DNA of 64,000 nt. Source: Octopus sinensis (lineage: Eukaryota). The notes under the pieces were generated by a model. It saw nothing but the letters and a program-made list of their open reading frames with translations. It did no database searches and had not been told where the DNA came from. A program made the position numbers and the translations under genes. Positions 1 through 12,799 of the stretch are shown here, in pieces (position 1 is the stretch's first letter; the number at the start of each line of letters is the position of its first letter). The stretch spans positions 147,808,001 to 147,872,000 of the forward strand of contig NC_043000.1 of NCBI RefSeq assembly GCF_006345805.1, given 5' to 3'.

Positions 1-286
1 GATCGTGGCCATTGCCAGCCTCGCCTGGCCCCCATGCTGGTGGCACGTAAAAAGCACCATCCGACCGTGGCCGTTTGCCAGCCTCGTCTGGCACCTGTGC
101 TGGTGGCACGTAAAAAGCACCCACTACACTCATGGAGTGGTTGGCGTTAGGAAGGGCATCCAGCCGTAGAAACATTACCAAATCAGACTGGAGCCTGGTG
201 CAGCCTTCTGGCTTCCCAGACCCCAGTTGAACCGTCCAACCCATGCCAGCATGGAAAGCGGACGCTAAATGATGATGATGATGATG
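1..286 (+). mobile_element. RTE-tail short element (GGCACGTAAAAAGCAC repeats; (GAT)n tail)
   Basis: Recurs on + at 5130-5397, 6358-6610, 7318-7510, 8222-8482, 56050-56250 and on - at 30355-30520, 45675-45910, 46293-46608, 49650-49935. Confidence 0.85.
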
Positions 287-651
287 AGAATAGAGCTAGT
301 GATATGAAGAGAAACTAGATGAATGACTAAATCATGATCTGAAGAAGAATGAAAGTAACTGAGTGAGGAAAGTGAGGGAAATGAATGGGAAAGTAAGTAG
401 ATGATGGGGATGCGGAAAGATACAGTTAAACATGGTGGAGGTGGGGGGATGGGAAGAACAAGGAAATGTGGAATGTCAGTCCATTGTAGGGTACCAATTT
501 ACAGATGAGTGGACGAGACTAATGTGATATAAAGTGTTTTTGTACAAGAACACAACACACTGCCAGTCTGGGAATCAAAACCATGATCTTGTGATCATGA
601 TGCTATGCTCCTTCATGCACACACACACACACACACATGTATATATGTATG

Positions 652-1447
652 TACTAGACTACCCATAACCCGTTGGGTCACTAACGATTCCGGTTATAAA
701 ACATTGAAGCTGATTTCAACATTGCATTGAAATGAAAGTTAATTTTACGTTGATTCAGTTGAATATTTCAATTCATTCGTGTCATCATAGGTCTGGTTTA
801 CAAGTTCATGTTTAAGGTTTTATTGATTATTTACAGCATCTAATAGAAATAGAACTTCCAGGATAAACCTCAACTCCAGTAACAACATATATTGATGGCA
901 TATGTGCACACTTCTACAAAAATGCAAGAGGAATTCTTATATAACGTAAACATAAAATTAATGGAAATAATTTCCACAGTATTATATATTCCCATTTCAG
1001 AGTTATGTTTCTTTAAGAGTATTTTGCCATTATGTGCTGTTTTGCCTATTTATGAAGGTACCCCAAATAACCATGTATTTCAGGAATCCGTGGTCCGATT
1101 TACATGAAATTTGTTTTATTCCATTTGTATTCATGTTTCAGGGGTTCCTTACTTTCAGAGTATTTTCCCATTATGTGCTGGTTTGGCTGTATTAAATTAC
1201 AGACTAGCATGCACGCAAGCAAGCGATCACGGAGTTTTCATAGTACCCCAAAAAACCACGAGTCTTAGGAACCTATGGTCCAATTTACATAAAATTTGTT
1301 TTATTCTGTTTGTATTCACATTTCAAGGATACCTTACTTTCAAAGTATTTTCCTGTTATGCGCCGGTTTGGCTGTATTAAATTACAGACAAGCATGCACA
1401 CAAGCAAGCAAGCAATCACAGAGTTTTAGTAGTATATATATATAGAT
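652..1447 (+). mobile_element. Helitron/HINE-like non-autonomous element with internal 185-bp tandem repeat
   Basis: Starts TACTAGAC, ends TATATATAGAT; internal repeat 1058-1242 / 1243-1432. Confidence 0.55.
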
Positions 1448-1717
1448 AAATGCATGCATGTATATACCTATATCAAAGCAAGTTTTAATACCTGCATTTA
1501 AAAGTGCTGCATTTAGTAAAATACTTAGGGATCGCTTACAGTTTTGAAATACTTATAGAAAATGTCTAAATGTACAGGTGTATCAAGTAGTCTGAATAAA
1601 ATCAGGTGCTTAAGTTGTCTGCAACCTATCACTTTATATTTGTTGCTGTATTATCAGTGTAGATTTTTGTTTGCTTTTTTTGATAATCTTTTAACTATAT
1701 CGAATTTAATTTTCCAG

Positions 1718-2125
1718 TCAATTCTCCACATGGTTCCATCTCCTCTGTCAGTATTCCTGATATAAAACAGCTGCGTGAATTTCATGGGGATGAGTGGCTG
1801 CTATACTATGAAAACATACGGCAAGATAGAGAATGTATTATGACACACTCAGCCCCTGCATCTCGCAAAGTCTCTCCCCAACTGAAAGAACTGCCAAAAC
1901 CATTGCCAAAACTTGAATACAATTCTGATACTTCTATTGACGAAGGACCTTATCTTGGTCATATGTCTTCCGAGGAAAAATTGTTTGTGGACTCTGATAC
2001 AGAACAGTCAGATGAAGTTTCTATCATCACTCCTCCAAGTGAAGAGAATGACAATGTTAAAGAATATCCTGATAGTGATGAGTTCAAAGACGATGTTGTA
2101 GATTTCAAAAACGAAAGCCATTTTG
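1718..2125 (+). CDS. STK11IP: STK11IP-like, first exon in window (phase 1 to 1)
   Basis: Acceptor ttttccag|, donor G|gtaagt. Encodes ...IKQLREFHGDEWLLYYENI..., resembling the post-LRR 'FRERFGxNWLQY' segment of STK11IP as recalled, followed by an acidic tract. Confidence 0.85.
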
Positions 2126-2280
2126 GTAAGTTTTAAGCACTTTATTCTTTTGTCTTTGTTTTGTCATTTGTTTCCAATGCTTTTAAAAATTTTTAATCTG
2201 ATTAAACAAAGACAAGAAATTTAAATGTTTTGGGGGACCTCCCTTCTTAAACCATTTTATTGTCTATCATTCATCATCTA

Positions 2281-3245
2281 ACTCAGTCCCTGTGGCATTC
2301 CTGTCTTCAGAGTTCAATCCATTAATCTCATAGCCATCTTCACCCACTGCATGCTCATGGCACATGGCACACTGACTCCTCCCATCAAATCAACTTCTTT
2401 ATTTGCAACTGTGACATCACCCTGCTGACCATTAACATCCATCCCCACTACTACATCAATGTCATCCATAACCTTGTCAACCACAATCACTTGTAACCCC
2501 TTTGGCGTTTCCTGTACTGCCATTGTAACGCCTTTAAACCTAGCCTTCACCGCACCCCCATCTTACACTGGTTATTCCACTCCCAGTTTTTAACCATTTT
2601 CTGAGTCATAAAGGTTGTGGTGCAGCCCTTGTTCGTGAATGCTTTCTTTTTTTTCCCCTCATCAGAACCTTTATTACAAGTAGTAAATGCAGGAGCACTG
2701 ACTTGGTTGATGGGGCAGCTTCAGCACAGTATCCCCCTGCCACTTTTCCATTTCCTTGATTGCAGTGGATTACTACATGATCAGCTTGGTCACACTGGTA
2801 GCAAATCACGTTAGGCTTTGGCTCCTTACAGTTCCTAACTATGTGTAGACCTTGAGACCTTAAACACTGGTTGTCGGGTAGGTACCAGCTGGATCAGACG
2901 TGTGCTATCTTTGCTGTTTGATTCTTGCCACTCTGTTCAACTGAACCCTGCCATTACATTACTGCAACATCTTGGGTGTTGTTACAAAAAATGAGATGAT
3001 CACAGTTGGAAGTCTTTTGATTGTAATTCTGCTAGATTGTGGCTGACTAGGGCTAAACAACAGCAACAGCAGCCGTTCAAGAATTTGGACCTGGAGATCT
3101 CCATTTCCAGCCACTTCCCAGTGGTGTCGGGTGTCAACAAAGAGCCCTTGACTACAATAAGACGACCAATGTTTTTTTTTTCCCAAGGGCTGGGGTCTCC
3201 CGCCCCTAAGCCCTAGACCATCACCTAATCACCCTTACCCATCTT
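2281..3245 (-). mobile_element. Decayed Gypsy LTR-retrotransposon fragment (gag zinc knuckle + protease)
   Basis: CYQCDQADHVVIHC (CCHC knuckle) in ORF 2606-2809 and VVVGMDV protease-like motif in ORF 2314-2550, with stops and frameshifts. Confidence 0.75.
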
Positions 3246-3482
3246 GTTGCTTAACAACAACAGCAGCAGCAGAGGATGAAAACAAAGAGAATTATAAAAA
3301 CATTAGTGTTAATATTTAACATTCAGGCCGTTGCTTAATGAATTCCTAATTCTGTATTTTTTATATAAGCCAATGAAGAAGTATCTATGTGATTGCTCAG
3401 CTTCTAGAAAGGCAACCAAATATCACTCAGATAACATATTCACTGTACATAAATAAAAAAAAATACATTTATGTCTATGTAT

Positions 3483-3888
3483 ACTCTTTTACTCTTTTAC
3501 TTGTTTCAGTCATTTGACTGTGGCCATGCTGGAGCACTGCCTTTAGTCGAGCAAATCGACCCCGGGACTTATTTTTTATAAGCCCAGTACTTATTCTATC
3601 GGTCTCTTTTGCCGAACCGCTAAGTTACGGGGACGTAAACACACCAGCATCGGTTGTCAAGCAATGTTGGGGGGACAAACACAGACACACAAACACATAC
3701 ACATACATATATATATACATATATACGACAGGCTTCTTTCAGTTTCCGTCTACCAAATCCACTCACAAGGCATTGGTCGGCCCGGGGCTATAGTAGAAGA
3801 CACTTGCCCAAGGTGTCACGCAGTGGGACTGAACCCGGAACCATGTGGTTGGTTAGCAAGCTACTTACCCCACAGCCACTCCTGCGCC
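3483..3888 (-). mobile_element. tRNA-derived SINE family A (GGCGCAGGAGTGGC head, internal (TA/TG)n, (AAAAGAGT)n tail)
   Basis: Full-length copy; the same sequence recurs more than 10 times in the window. Confidence 0.9.
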
Positions 3889-3993
3889 TATATATATGAA
3901 TGTGTGTAAATGAAAATATGTATGAATGTTAATTGATGATGATGATATAATAAAAATATAAAACTTCTAACTTTTACAATTATCAATTTGCAG

Positions 3994-4247
3994 GTATGGA
4001 GGCAGAACCATGGATTGTGAAGCTGAGTTCTAATGAAAATAGTGAAATCTTTGTGTCAGCAAATGAACGTTTTCTTATTGAGAAAGATATGTATGGCCAA
4101 CTGCTTGATCGTCTGGACATGAAGTGTTTGCTATTTATGTCTGTTTTGATGAGAGGTAGTGAATATGTAGTTGAACTGAAATTTGACTATGTTAAATCAA
4201 ACCGCAGGGAACGAACTTATATCATGGCCAGCAAAGAAGAATCAGAG
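3994..4247 (+). CDS. STK11IP: STK11IP-like exon (phase 1 to 0)
   Basis: Acceptor tttgcag|, donor GAG|gtaaca. EAEPWIVKL...FLIEKDMYGQLLDRLDMKCL...ELKFDYVKSNRRERTYIM; phases match neighbouring exons. Confidence 0.88.
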
Positions 4248-4416
4248 GTAACAAACTCTTACTTTAATTTACTTTAATTATTACTTTAATTAATAATTTT
4301 TTTCATTCTGTGAAAGTCATTGAGATTGGGGAAAATTTAGCATGAATTCCATTAATTTGGAATTAATTACACTGCTTGGCTAGCAGTGTAATTAAATCTC
4401 TTGGTTAGCTTAATTC

Positions 4417-4830
4417 TACTCCTTTACTCCTTTACTTGTTTCAGTCATTTGACTGCGGCCATGCTGGAGCACCGCCTTTAATCGAGCAACTCGACCCCGG
4501 GACTTATTCTTTGTAAGCCCAGTACTTATTCTATCGGTCTCTTTTGCCGAACCGCTAAGTGACGGGGACATAAACACATCAGCATCGGTTGTCAAGCGAT
4601 GTTGGATGGGACAAATACAGACACACAAACATATACACACACATACACATATATATATACATATATACGACGGGCTTCTTTCAGTTTCCGTCTACCAAAT
4701 CCACTCACAAGGCTTTGGTCGGTCCGAGGCTATAGTAGAAGACACTTGCCCAAGGTGCCACGCAGTGGGACTGAACCCGGAACCATGAGGTTGGTTAGCA
4801 AGCTACTTACCACACAGCCACTCCTGCACC
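4417..4830 (-). mobile_element. SINE family A
   Basis: Homologous to 3483-3888. Confidence 0.9.
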
Positions 4831-5489
4831 TACTGTTAGTTTCTATAACAATGAAGTATGATTAGCTACCTCATTGGTGGAATCATATCAGCTGCTACTG
4901 TAGTGTAGGCTACTACAGCAGAACAGTGGTGCTGGCTGTCACAAAATAATGTTCATGAGATTCATGCAATCTTGCAATCAGTTTCAATAATTTATTTTTT
5001 ATGGCATCCTTAAAATTTTCAGTAAACATAAATAATTTATTTCTCTATTATCCACAGGGGGCTAAACATAGAGGGGAAAAACAAGCCCATTGTATATATA
5101 AGAAGACCTGTACTCCACAGCAGAAGTGTTAAGACTGGTCCCTCTGCTAGTGAAACCGCTTGTGGAAGTGTCTTGTAAAAGCACCTGTATGATGCCATGT
5201 AAAAGCACCCATGCAGTGCCACATGAAAGCACCCAGCACATTCTGTAGAGTGGTTGGCATGTTAGGAAGGGCATCCAGCTGTAGAAACCATGCCAAATCA
5301 GACTGGAGTCTGGTGCAGCCCTTGGCTTGCCAGCTCTGGTCAAACCATCCAGTCCATGCCAGTATGGACAACGGATGTTAAATTATGATGATGATGATAT
5401 ATATATATATATTATATATATATATATCATCATCATCATCGTTTAACGTCCGTTTTCCGCGCTAGCATGGGTTGGACGGGAATCTAGCG

Positions 5490-5554
5490 TTCCCATGCCG
5501 GGAATCGAACCCGGGCCGCCTGGGTGAAAGCCAGGAATCCTAACCACTAGACCA
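5490..5554 (-). tRNA. tRNA-Glu(TTC) copy lacking the 5' acceptor strand (pseudogene)
   Basis: TGGTCTAGTGGTTAGGATT CCTGG CT TTC AC CCAGG CGG CCCGGG TTCGATT CCCGG CATGGGA A. D, anticodon and T arms intact; the first 7 nt are replaced by CCGCCAT, which cannot pair with CATGGGA. Confidence 0.88.
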
Positions 5555-5610
5555 ATGGCGGTGCCCCAGCATGGCTACAGCTCGTGAGCTGAAACTAGAT
5601 AGAGATAAAG

Positions 5611-5642
<32 letters not shown>

Positions 5643-5878
5643 TTATTTATTTGTGTGTGTGTGTCTTTGTATTTGTCCCACCTCCATTGCTTGATAACTG
5701 GTGTTGGTGTGTTTATGTTCCCATAACTTAACGGCTCAACAAAAGAGACCGAGAGAATAATAAAAGAAATTGTCCTGTGATTGATTTGTTTGACTAAAAC
5801 TCTTCAAGGCAGTGCCCCAGCATGGCCGCAGTCAAATGACTGAAAGAAATTAAAGATAAGATACACAAGTAAAAATTG

Positions 5879-5909
<31 letters not shown>

Positions 5910-5966
5910 GTTTTCCTTCAGAAAACCCAAATGATATTTAAAATTTCACCATATTTCAAATTTTAG

Positions 5967-6044
5967 GAGCTTGGTCGTCTTTTACAACCTTATTTGGAGG
6001 CTCAAGCTGCAAAAGCCAATGTCAAGGAATTTTTACATTTTTTG
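5967..6044 (+). CDS. STK11IP: STK11IP-like exon (phase 0 to 0)
   Basis: ttttag|GAGCTTGGT...TTTTTG|gtaagt; 26 open codons ELGRLLQPYLEAQAAKANVKEFLHFL. Confidence 0.8.
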
Positions 6045-6263
6045 GTAAGTGTAGAAAATGTGAACTCTTATCATTAATACTGTTTGTTGCTCATGTTTTT
6101 GTCCTTGTTATTGTTTATCACTAGGTTAACCTTGAACATGTTGGCTTATTATCAAAAGTGTTTTGTCTTTTTGTATACTAACTCTTATGTTAGTATATTT
6201 CTGCTAAAATACGCTGTCTTTGTTCCTGTTAATTTTGAATATAATGAAGAATTTAGTGAAATA

Positions 6264-6357
6264 ACTATTATTATTATTATTATTTATTATTTATTATTAT
6301 TATTATAATTATTATTTATTATTATTGTTATTATTATTGTTATTATTATTATTATTA
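6264..6357. repeat. (ATT)n microsatellite, one of many (TA)n, (CA)n, (ATT)n and (CAT)n tracts
   Basis: Direct reading; other long tracts at 11204-11245, 11440-11505, 18415-18450, 44718-44760, 50323-50371 and 63594-63641. Confidence 0.95.
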
Positions 6358-7534
6358 GTGCCAGTGGCACGTAAAAAGCACCATCCGATCGTGGCCGTTT
6401 GCCAGCCTCGTCTGGCACCTGTGCTGGTGGTATGTAAAAAGCACCCACTACACTCATGGAGTGGTTGGCGTTATGAAGGGCATCCAGCTGTAGAAACACT
6501 GCCAGATCAGACTGGAGCCTGGTGCAGCCTTCTGGCTTCCCAGACCCCAGTTGAACCGTCCAACCCATGCTAGCATGGAAAGCGGACGTTAAACGATGAT
6601 GATGATGATGATTATTATTATTATTATTGTTATTATTAAGCTAGTGTTTGGGATATAAATCAATATGAAGTTTCAATGAACGGTTTTAAATCAAGATATT
6701 TGCACCATAGAACCAGTGGCAGTTTTACACAGGTTGATTTAAAAATATAGTACATTGGACAATATACTTTATCTAAGATGATAAGGTGCGGTTTGAAGTA
6801 GATTTGACTGCTGTTTCAAGTGTCCTTTGTTGACTTATCTTTTGCAGTTGTTGTTGTTGTTATCTGAACAATAATGCAATAGAAAGAGTAGCAGAAATAA
6901 TGGTTTTGTGCAGGATTTAATTTTGTTCTGCTTTTTGGGATCAAATTCCCTCATGTTCAACTTTTTGTTTCACTCCTGTTGATTTGCTCAATTATTCTCT
7001 TGCCTACCAAAATATAACCTCCAGCTTAATTAAAAAGGTAGCTGTATCTTTCTCTGACAATATGATGTAAAATTATGATGAATGTCATGGAGTAGTGCTA
7101 CTATTTCAGTAGCAAACTTTAACTACCTCATGATGCCTACTTACAGTTGGAAAAATAGAACCAGAGAGATATATACTGTTGACAGAGCCGTTAACCCCTG
7201 GTTTGCTCATCTGACATTCTTTCAACTTGGTTAGCTGTGATTTATAACCGGACTAGGGATTTTCTGGATACTACCCAAATATATCTTTCACCAGAAACAA
7301 TTATAAGAAAATGTTCCTCGTGCTGGTGGCACGTAAAAGCGCCCACTACACTGTCAGAGTGATTGGTGTTAGGAAGGGCATCCAGCTGTAAAAACTCTGC
7401 CAGATCAGATTAAAGCCTGGTGCAGCCATCTGGCTCACCAGTCCTCAGTCAAACCGTCCAACCCATACCAGTATGGAAGGTGGACGTTAAACGATGATGA
7501 TGAGGAGGATGAAACATATAAGTTAACTAAATAA

Positions 7535-7879
7535 TAAAGGGTAAAGACCCCCTTCGGTCATGAATGTCCATGGGATTGCACCCATAAAGTTCCCCTCGAA
7601 GGTACAAGTCTTGGCAAGGTCATTTATGGAAGATTAGCAGTCACCCATGTATACCGGCCTCCCTTCTCCGTGCCACCAGTGTTATTCAGGAATAAGGTAG
7701 AGGCCAGTACAGCTTGGCACCAGTGATGTCACAACTCATTTCCACAGCTGAGTGAACTGTAACAGCATGAAATAAAGTGTCTTGCTCAAGAACATAACAC
7801 ACAACCTAGTCTAGGAACTGAATTCACTACCTCATGATTATGAGCCTGACACTCTAACTACTGAGCCATGTGCCTTCAC
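7535..7879 (-). mobile_element. tRNA-derived SINE family D
   Basis: Head GTGAAGGCACATGGCTCAGTAGTTAG and cttgagcaagacactttatttc core; relatives at ~500-620 and ~35480-35625. Confidence 0.75.
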
Positions 7880-8041
7880 TAACTGAATAATAAACAATAA
7901 TAAAAACTGTTTTGAGATTTCACAAGTTATGGCAATATTGCAATATTTTTATTGCTTACTAATATATAAATATTATAATTGACTTGTAATTTTTTTCCTT
8001 TTTTCTGTGTAATTTCAATTAATTTCTTATCTATTTTCTAG

Positions 8042-8096
8042 TGTCTGAAATGCTCACATGAATTTTCAAAAGAAATCGGTTCATCAAGACGAGAAG
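8042..8096 (+). CDS. STK11IP: STK11IP-like exon with first CxxC (CLKCSHEF)
   Basis: ttttctag|TGTCTGAAATGC...GAAG|gttagt; CLKCSHEFSKE parallels the CLRCGHEF motif of STK11IP. Confidence 0.85.
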
Positions 8097-9410
8097 GTTA
8101 GTCGGTTTCCTTCAATGATCTTCAATTTCAGTTTCAAATGTTTTAAGATTAATCGTTGGTGTGAACAAGATTCTCTTAACTTATGCCACTAGTGTCCTGT
8201 AAAAAAAGCATAACAGTCAAAAATCGACTGGCTTCTGTGCAGGTGGCACGTAAAATGCACCAATCCGACCGTGGCCGATGCCAGCCTCGCCTGGCACCAG
8301 TGCAGGTGGCACGTAAAAAGCACCCACTACACTCACGGAGTGGTTGGCGTTAGGAAGGGCATCCAGCTGTTGAAACATTGCCAGATAGGACCAGAGCCTG
8401 GTGCAGCCTTCTGGCTTCTCAGATCCCCGGTCGAACCGTCCAACCCATGCTAGCATGGAGAGCAGATGTTGAACGATGATGATAATATAAGTTACCTGTG
8501 TGTAGGAAAAGAAACCAGTAATTCAATTGGTAAAACCAACAATTGTATTCTTGTTAAATCTTGTTTGCTTTTTTGAGTAGGTACGAATGGCCTATATTGT
8601 CCATTGGGAGCTGGTAATATTCATGCATTTTTCAGTGCTTTTAGCAAGCATAAAAATTGTGAAATTGCTTCAGTTTAGAATAGAAATTGCTCCATAGCCT
8701 TTCTTGGTTTAAGAACTTACTCCTACTTCAAGAGCTTTCACAAAGGTTAAATATTATTCTTGCACACATGCACACACACATACACTGAGTGCTGTCTAAA
8801 GGCATGGGTGCATGGGGTATTGCCCATGGGCCTCATGAGTCTAGGGACTCAAATCTGATCTAGGTATGCTGCTGTAGCTTGCTGTCAATAAATAAATACT
8901 AAAGGGTTCCATGATTTTGATTTACTTGGGGGCCTATAATGTTGCTAAGATGGCCCTGTATACACACACACACATATGCAATATACATACATGCAGACAT
9001 AATTACAGAAAATAGAACAGTGCAGATAATAAGTCACGTGTTTAAGGTTGTGTGAACTGAAGAGAATACCAGAAAGAATTTGCAACCTCTGTTAGTGTCT
9101 GCCTTTTGTATGTTTGGTTACTTAAGATAAAATGTACACCTGTAATGGTATGTAGAGAGTTGTAGTAAGACCGATATAATTAATAGTGAATTTTCTGTTT
9201 GTGTATTGTTTATTGTATCTTGAGTGTACAAACATGATTATGTAATACTGTCACAATATGAGTAACCAAAGTTCATTATATATGTGATAAGTAATGTTTC
9301 TTTAATGTATATGTGGCCCAAACAACCCACACACATATTTACGTACTATGATAATGTATGTAGATATGCATGTGTGTATGTAAGAGAGAGAGAGAGAGAA
9401 GTTGAGTATA

Positions 9411-9663
9411 CTACCATAGAAAAAGTTGGTAGTTCTTTATTTCTTGTATAGGTAATGGTTTTTTAAAATATATGCGGATCAAACCTTCAACTCTTGTTTG
9501 ATTGATTATATGTGTGTCTGGGAAAGGTAGTACTTCTTCATTGTATAATAAATCTGGATCAAACCTTTCTGTTTGGTCTTCCATGTGTAATAGACCTTGT
9601 GCTTTCCATAAAACCTTGATATTTGGATCTTTTGTAATGGTAAATGATGAAACCCCAGCAGTA
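9411..9663 (-). CDS. Candidate antisense terminal exon (83 codons + TAG)
   Basis: Acceptor ctctctgtttag| then TAGVSSFTITKDPNIKVLWKAQ...KNYQLFLW*. Protein-like composition but no recognised family. Confidence 0.25.
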
Positions 9664-9696
9664 CTAAACAGAGAGATATGGAGTAACTTTATTCAA

Positions 9697-10096
9697 TACT
9701 AGCAGTATCGCCCGGCATTGCTCGGGTTTGTTTCGACCCTTTAGAATTGGAAATTTTCAAAAGTAAAAATTTTGCATTATGTAGCTTGTTATTCTCTTTA
9801 AGTGAATGTTTTTCTGGTTGAAATACACTGAAAAATGGCGACACAGCAGTAAAAAGATCGTAAAAAATAGGGATTTTCATAGAAAAGAGCACCTTTTTGA
9901 TGTAAATAATTTTTGGTCTTAACATGGTCCGATTTGAATTTTATCTTCTACGGAATGAAGAGCAAGCCTTCTTCTATCATACTCTCAATTTTGGTCAACT
10001 TGCACCACAGGGTCTCGGAGGAGAGAGTGTTAGTTGAAGGCTACCAAAGCTGCCACACACACACACACAGACAACTTCAGCTTTATATATATAGAT
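9697..10096 (+). mobile_element. Helitron/HINE-like element
   Basis: ACTAGCAGTATCGCCCGGCATTGCTCGGG ... (CA)n GACAACTTCAGCTTTATATATATAGAT. Confidence 0.7.
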
Positions 10097-10535
10097 TTTA
10101 GTCTTAGTTACAAAATGAGAATTCTAAATCCTCTTCATTTAAGAAAAGTTATTGAATGAATTTATTTTTGTTCTTTATTTAGAATTATGAGAAGACAACA
10201 AGCTGTGAGAATTCTTAGAGTATTACAAAATTGATTTGCAGTATTTGTTCTGATACTTTATGTCCAGATCCCACTGAGATTTGCTTTGCTGTTCATCCTT
10301 TTGGAGTTGATAAAATAAATTATCATTCAAGTACTGGGTTCATGGTATCAACTATCTATCTCGCAGCACCACAAATTGTTGTCCTTATACCCTTATTAGA
10401 AACAATTATTTCACATCAAGAAAGCTTTTATTGCTTTTCTTTGACACTTGTTGAATTGCTGTTATGTGAATGTCCTAACAATTTTGTTTTACACTCTATA
10501 AAAGTATAAATAACCGGAATGTTATCTCTTTCTAG

Positions 10536-10680
10536 CTGAATCAGTAGATGAATGTCAGAAATGTGGAAGTAAAAATGTGGTTCAACAGGAATCTCCATCG
10601 TCAGTAATGCCCAGCAATAACACACCACAAGAATCCTTTTCCTCAACTGTGAAACAGTCATTTTTAGGTTTATTTTCCAA
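10536..10680 (+). CDS. STK11IP: STK11IP-like exon with second CxxC (CQKCGSKNVV)
   Basis: ctctttctag|CT GAA...TCC AA|gtgagt; phase 1 to 2; parallels CPNCGSDHVV of STK11IP. Confidence 0.85.
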
Positions 10681-11198
10681 GTGAGTTGGTTGCTCTGCAA
10701 CCTTCCTTTTCATTTATGCACTTGGTATGGAGCATCTCTCTCACTGCATACTTTCTTTCACTCTCAATCCCACCACTGGTTGCTGCTGCTTGCCATTTCC
10801 CTCTCTTTTGCTTTTGCCTTATTTCTTTTTTTTCCTCCATTTCTCCTTCTTCACTGCACATTTTTCACACCTTCCTTTTTTAGTCTTGTTTTTGATAATT
10901 GTATCAAATATGTATGTATGTGTGTGAGAAAAGGAGAAATTGAAGATTCAACTTTTGTTGATTTTTTTTTTTTTTGGCAATAAGTGTGATACTTATGAAA
11001 TTCATATTATGGACATCAGTTAGACATTTCACATTTGTTAAGCAAATGGAATTCTTTTAGGAAATCGCAAGTTTCATTGACTTATGGAAATACAGATTGT
11101 TCCAATAGCTCTTAGAAAAACATTTTAACACCATTTACAAAATACTTTGACATGTAATATTATTTTCCAAAATTGTAACAGTTTGGTGTATTTTTGTG

Positions 11199-11246
<48 letters not shown>

Positions 11247-11434
11247 TCAATATAAGAGAGTGTCCACTATGTGGTCGACTCTTGTGCTAAAAATAGATCT
11301 GCTATGGTCTCAACCACCAAGAATTGTTTCCAAGGAGAATCAGCACAACTATGAACGTAAACGAGCAGGACAAATGAAAAATAACAAAAATGTAGATTAA
11401 TTCTAGACAATTGTTTCGCTATTAATGGATTATG

Positions 11435-11480
<46 letters not shown>

Positions 11481-12578
11481 ATATTATATATATATATATA
11501 TATATGAATTCATTCCAAAAGTTGATATGAAAATTACTGCATACATTTTGAAATTATGCTTTTATAAATTACATGATGTTTATTCAAACTTAATTGAAGA
11601 ATTGGTTAACTTCTTGTTTAGTCTAATGTATAAAATGTTATGGCTAAATTAGAATGTTGTTTGAATGTCTGTCTGTTCAAATATTTGTATTTGAAATACA
11701 GATATAAAAAAAATGGATAAAAATATTCAGACAGCATGTTTGAGAGTCATATTATAGGAAGTCAAGTGTTAATGTGAGAAGAATGCTGCCAAGCTTACAT
11801 CTGGCTATTTTGCTGATAAGTTCATGATTAACTGGATGCCTGACTAAGCATTGGATATAATGCTAGAATCTGCAATGTCAAAGATATATTTGCTATATAC
11901 AATGTAGTTTAGGCATTGTTTGAAAGAGCTGGTTCCTTAGCAAGTTTGATCTAGCAAACAAAAGTTGACCATGATGATGCTAATAGAAAATAGGTAGAAG
12001 CATAATGATGGAAATTAATCGAATTATTATGATACATTGCTTTTGTTTATTCAAGCTTCAACCCCCCCCCCCCAAAAAAAAACAACAATTTCTTTCACAA
12101 ATGCTGTTATCAATGAAAAAGCTAACATATATCCATATATGTGTCTATTTGATTGTTCCTTGTACAGAAGTATCTTTAAAATTTTCTAGTTTAAATCCTT
12201 GAACTAACTGCTTTTAATTAATGATTATTAGTTCATTTCCATTTTTTATTCCACAACAAAATATCAGATGCACATAAGAAAACTTTATTCATTCAGTTTA
12301 TTTTATAAAAATAGGAATATATTTTTATCAAAATATTTTTATTTCTCCAAAACAATATTTTTATATATAAAATATATATTATATTTCAAGAATGATAAAT
12401 TATTTTTGTAAGTGGAGTGTTGCTCAAAATATTTTGTCACTTGTTTTAAATATTTTAACAATTCCACTAAAATTGGTTGACAAATATTTTATCTATGAAT
12501 TTAGTTGAAACAGACAGACTAAATTTTATTAATGTTTTAATGCAATTATTTGGCATTAGAAGAAAGTGTGAATTTTAA

Positions 12579-12799
12579 CCCTTTCACCGTGAAATTAAAT
12601 TTCATGGTTATTTCAGTAATAATGCTATTTTTGGTAGATATTTTAACTACCAAAAATAGAGTTGGTATTTTCTGCAAGTCATGTGGCCTTGATAAACATA
12701 ATGTATCTCAACAGAAAATAGTTCCAAACATCACATTCCTGAACAGTTAAGAGTAATGAAATTTTGAGTGGAAAATATCTGCTTTCTGCAGTAAAAAGA
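12579..12799. mobile_element. Degenerate piggyBac-type MITE, family 3
   Basis: TTAA|CCCTTTCACCGTG ... GCAGTAAAAAGA|TTAA; related fragment near 49990-50060. Confidence 0.5.

Noticed and set aside
3654-3909. Recurrent ORFs such as MLGGQTQTH..., MSSNARG..., MTTDAGVFTSP... at many positions
   Set aside because: They are translations of SINE family A copies, not genes.
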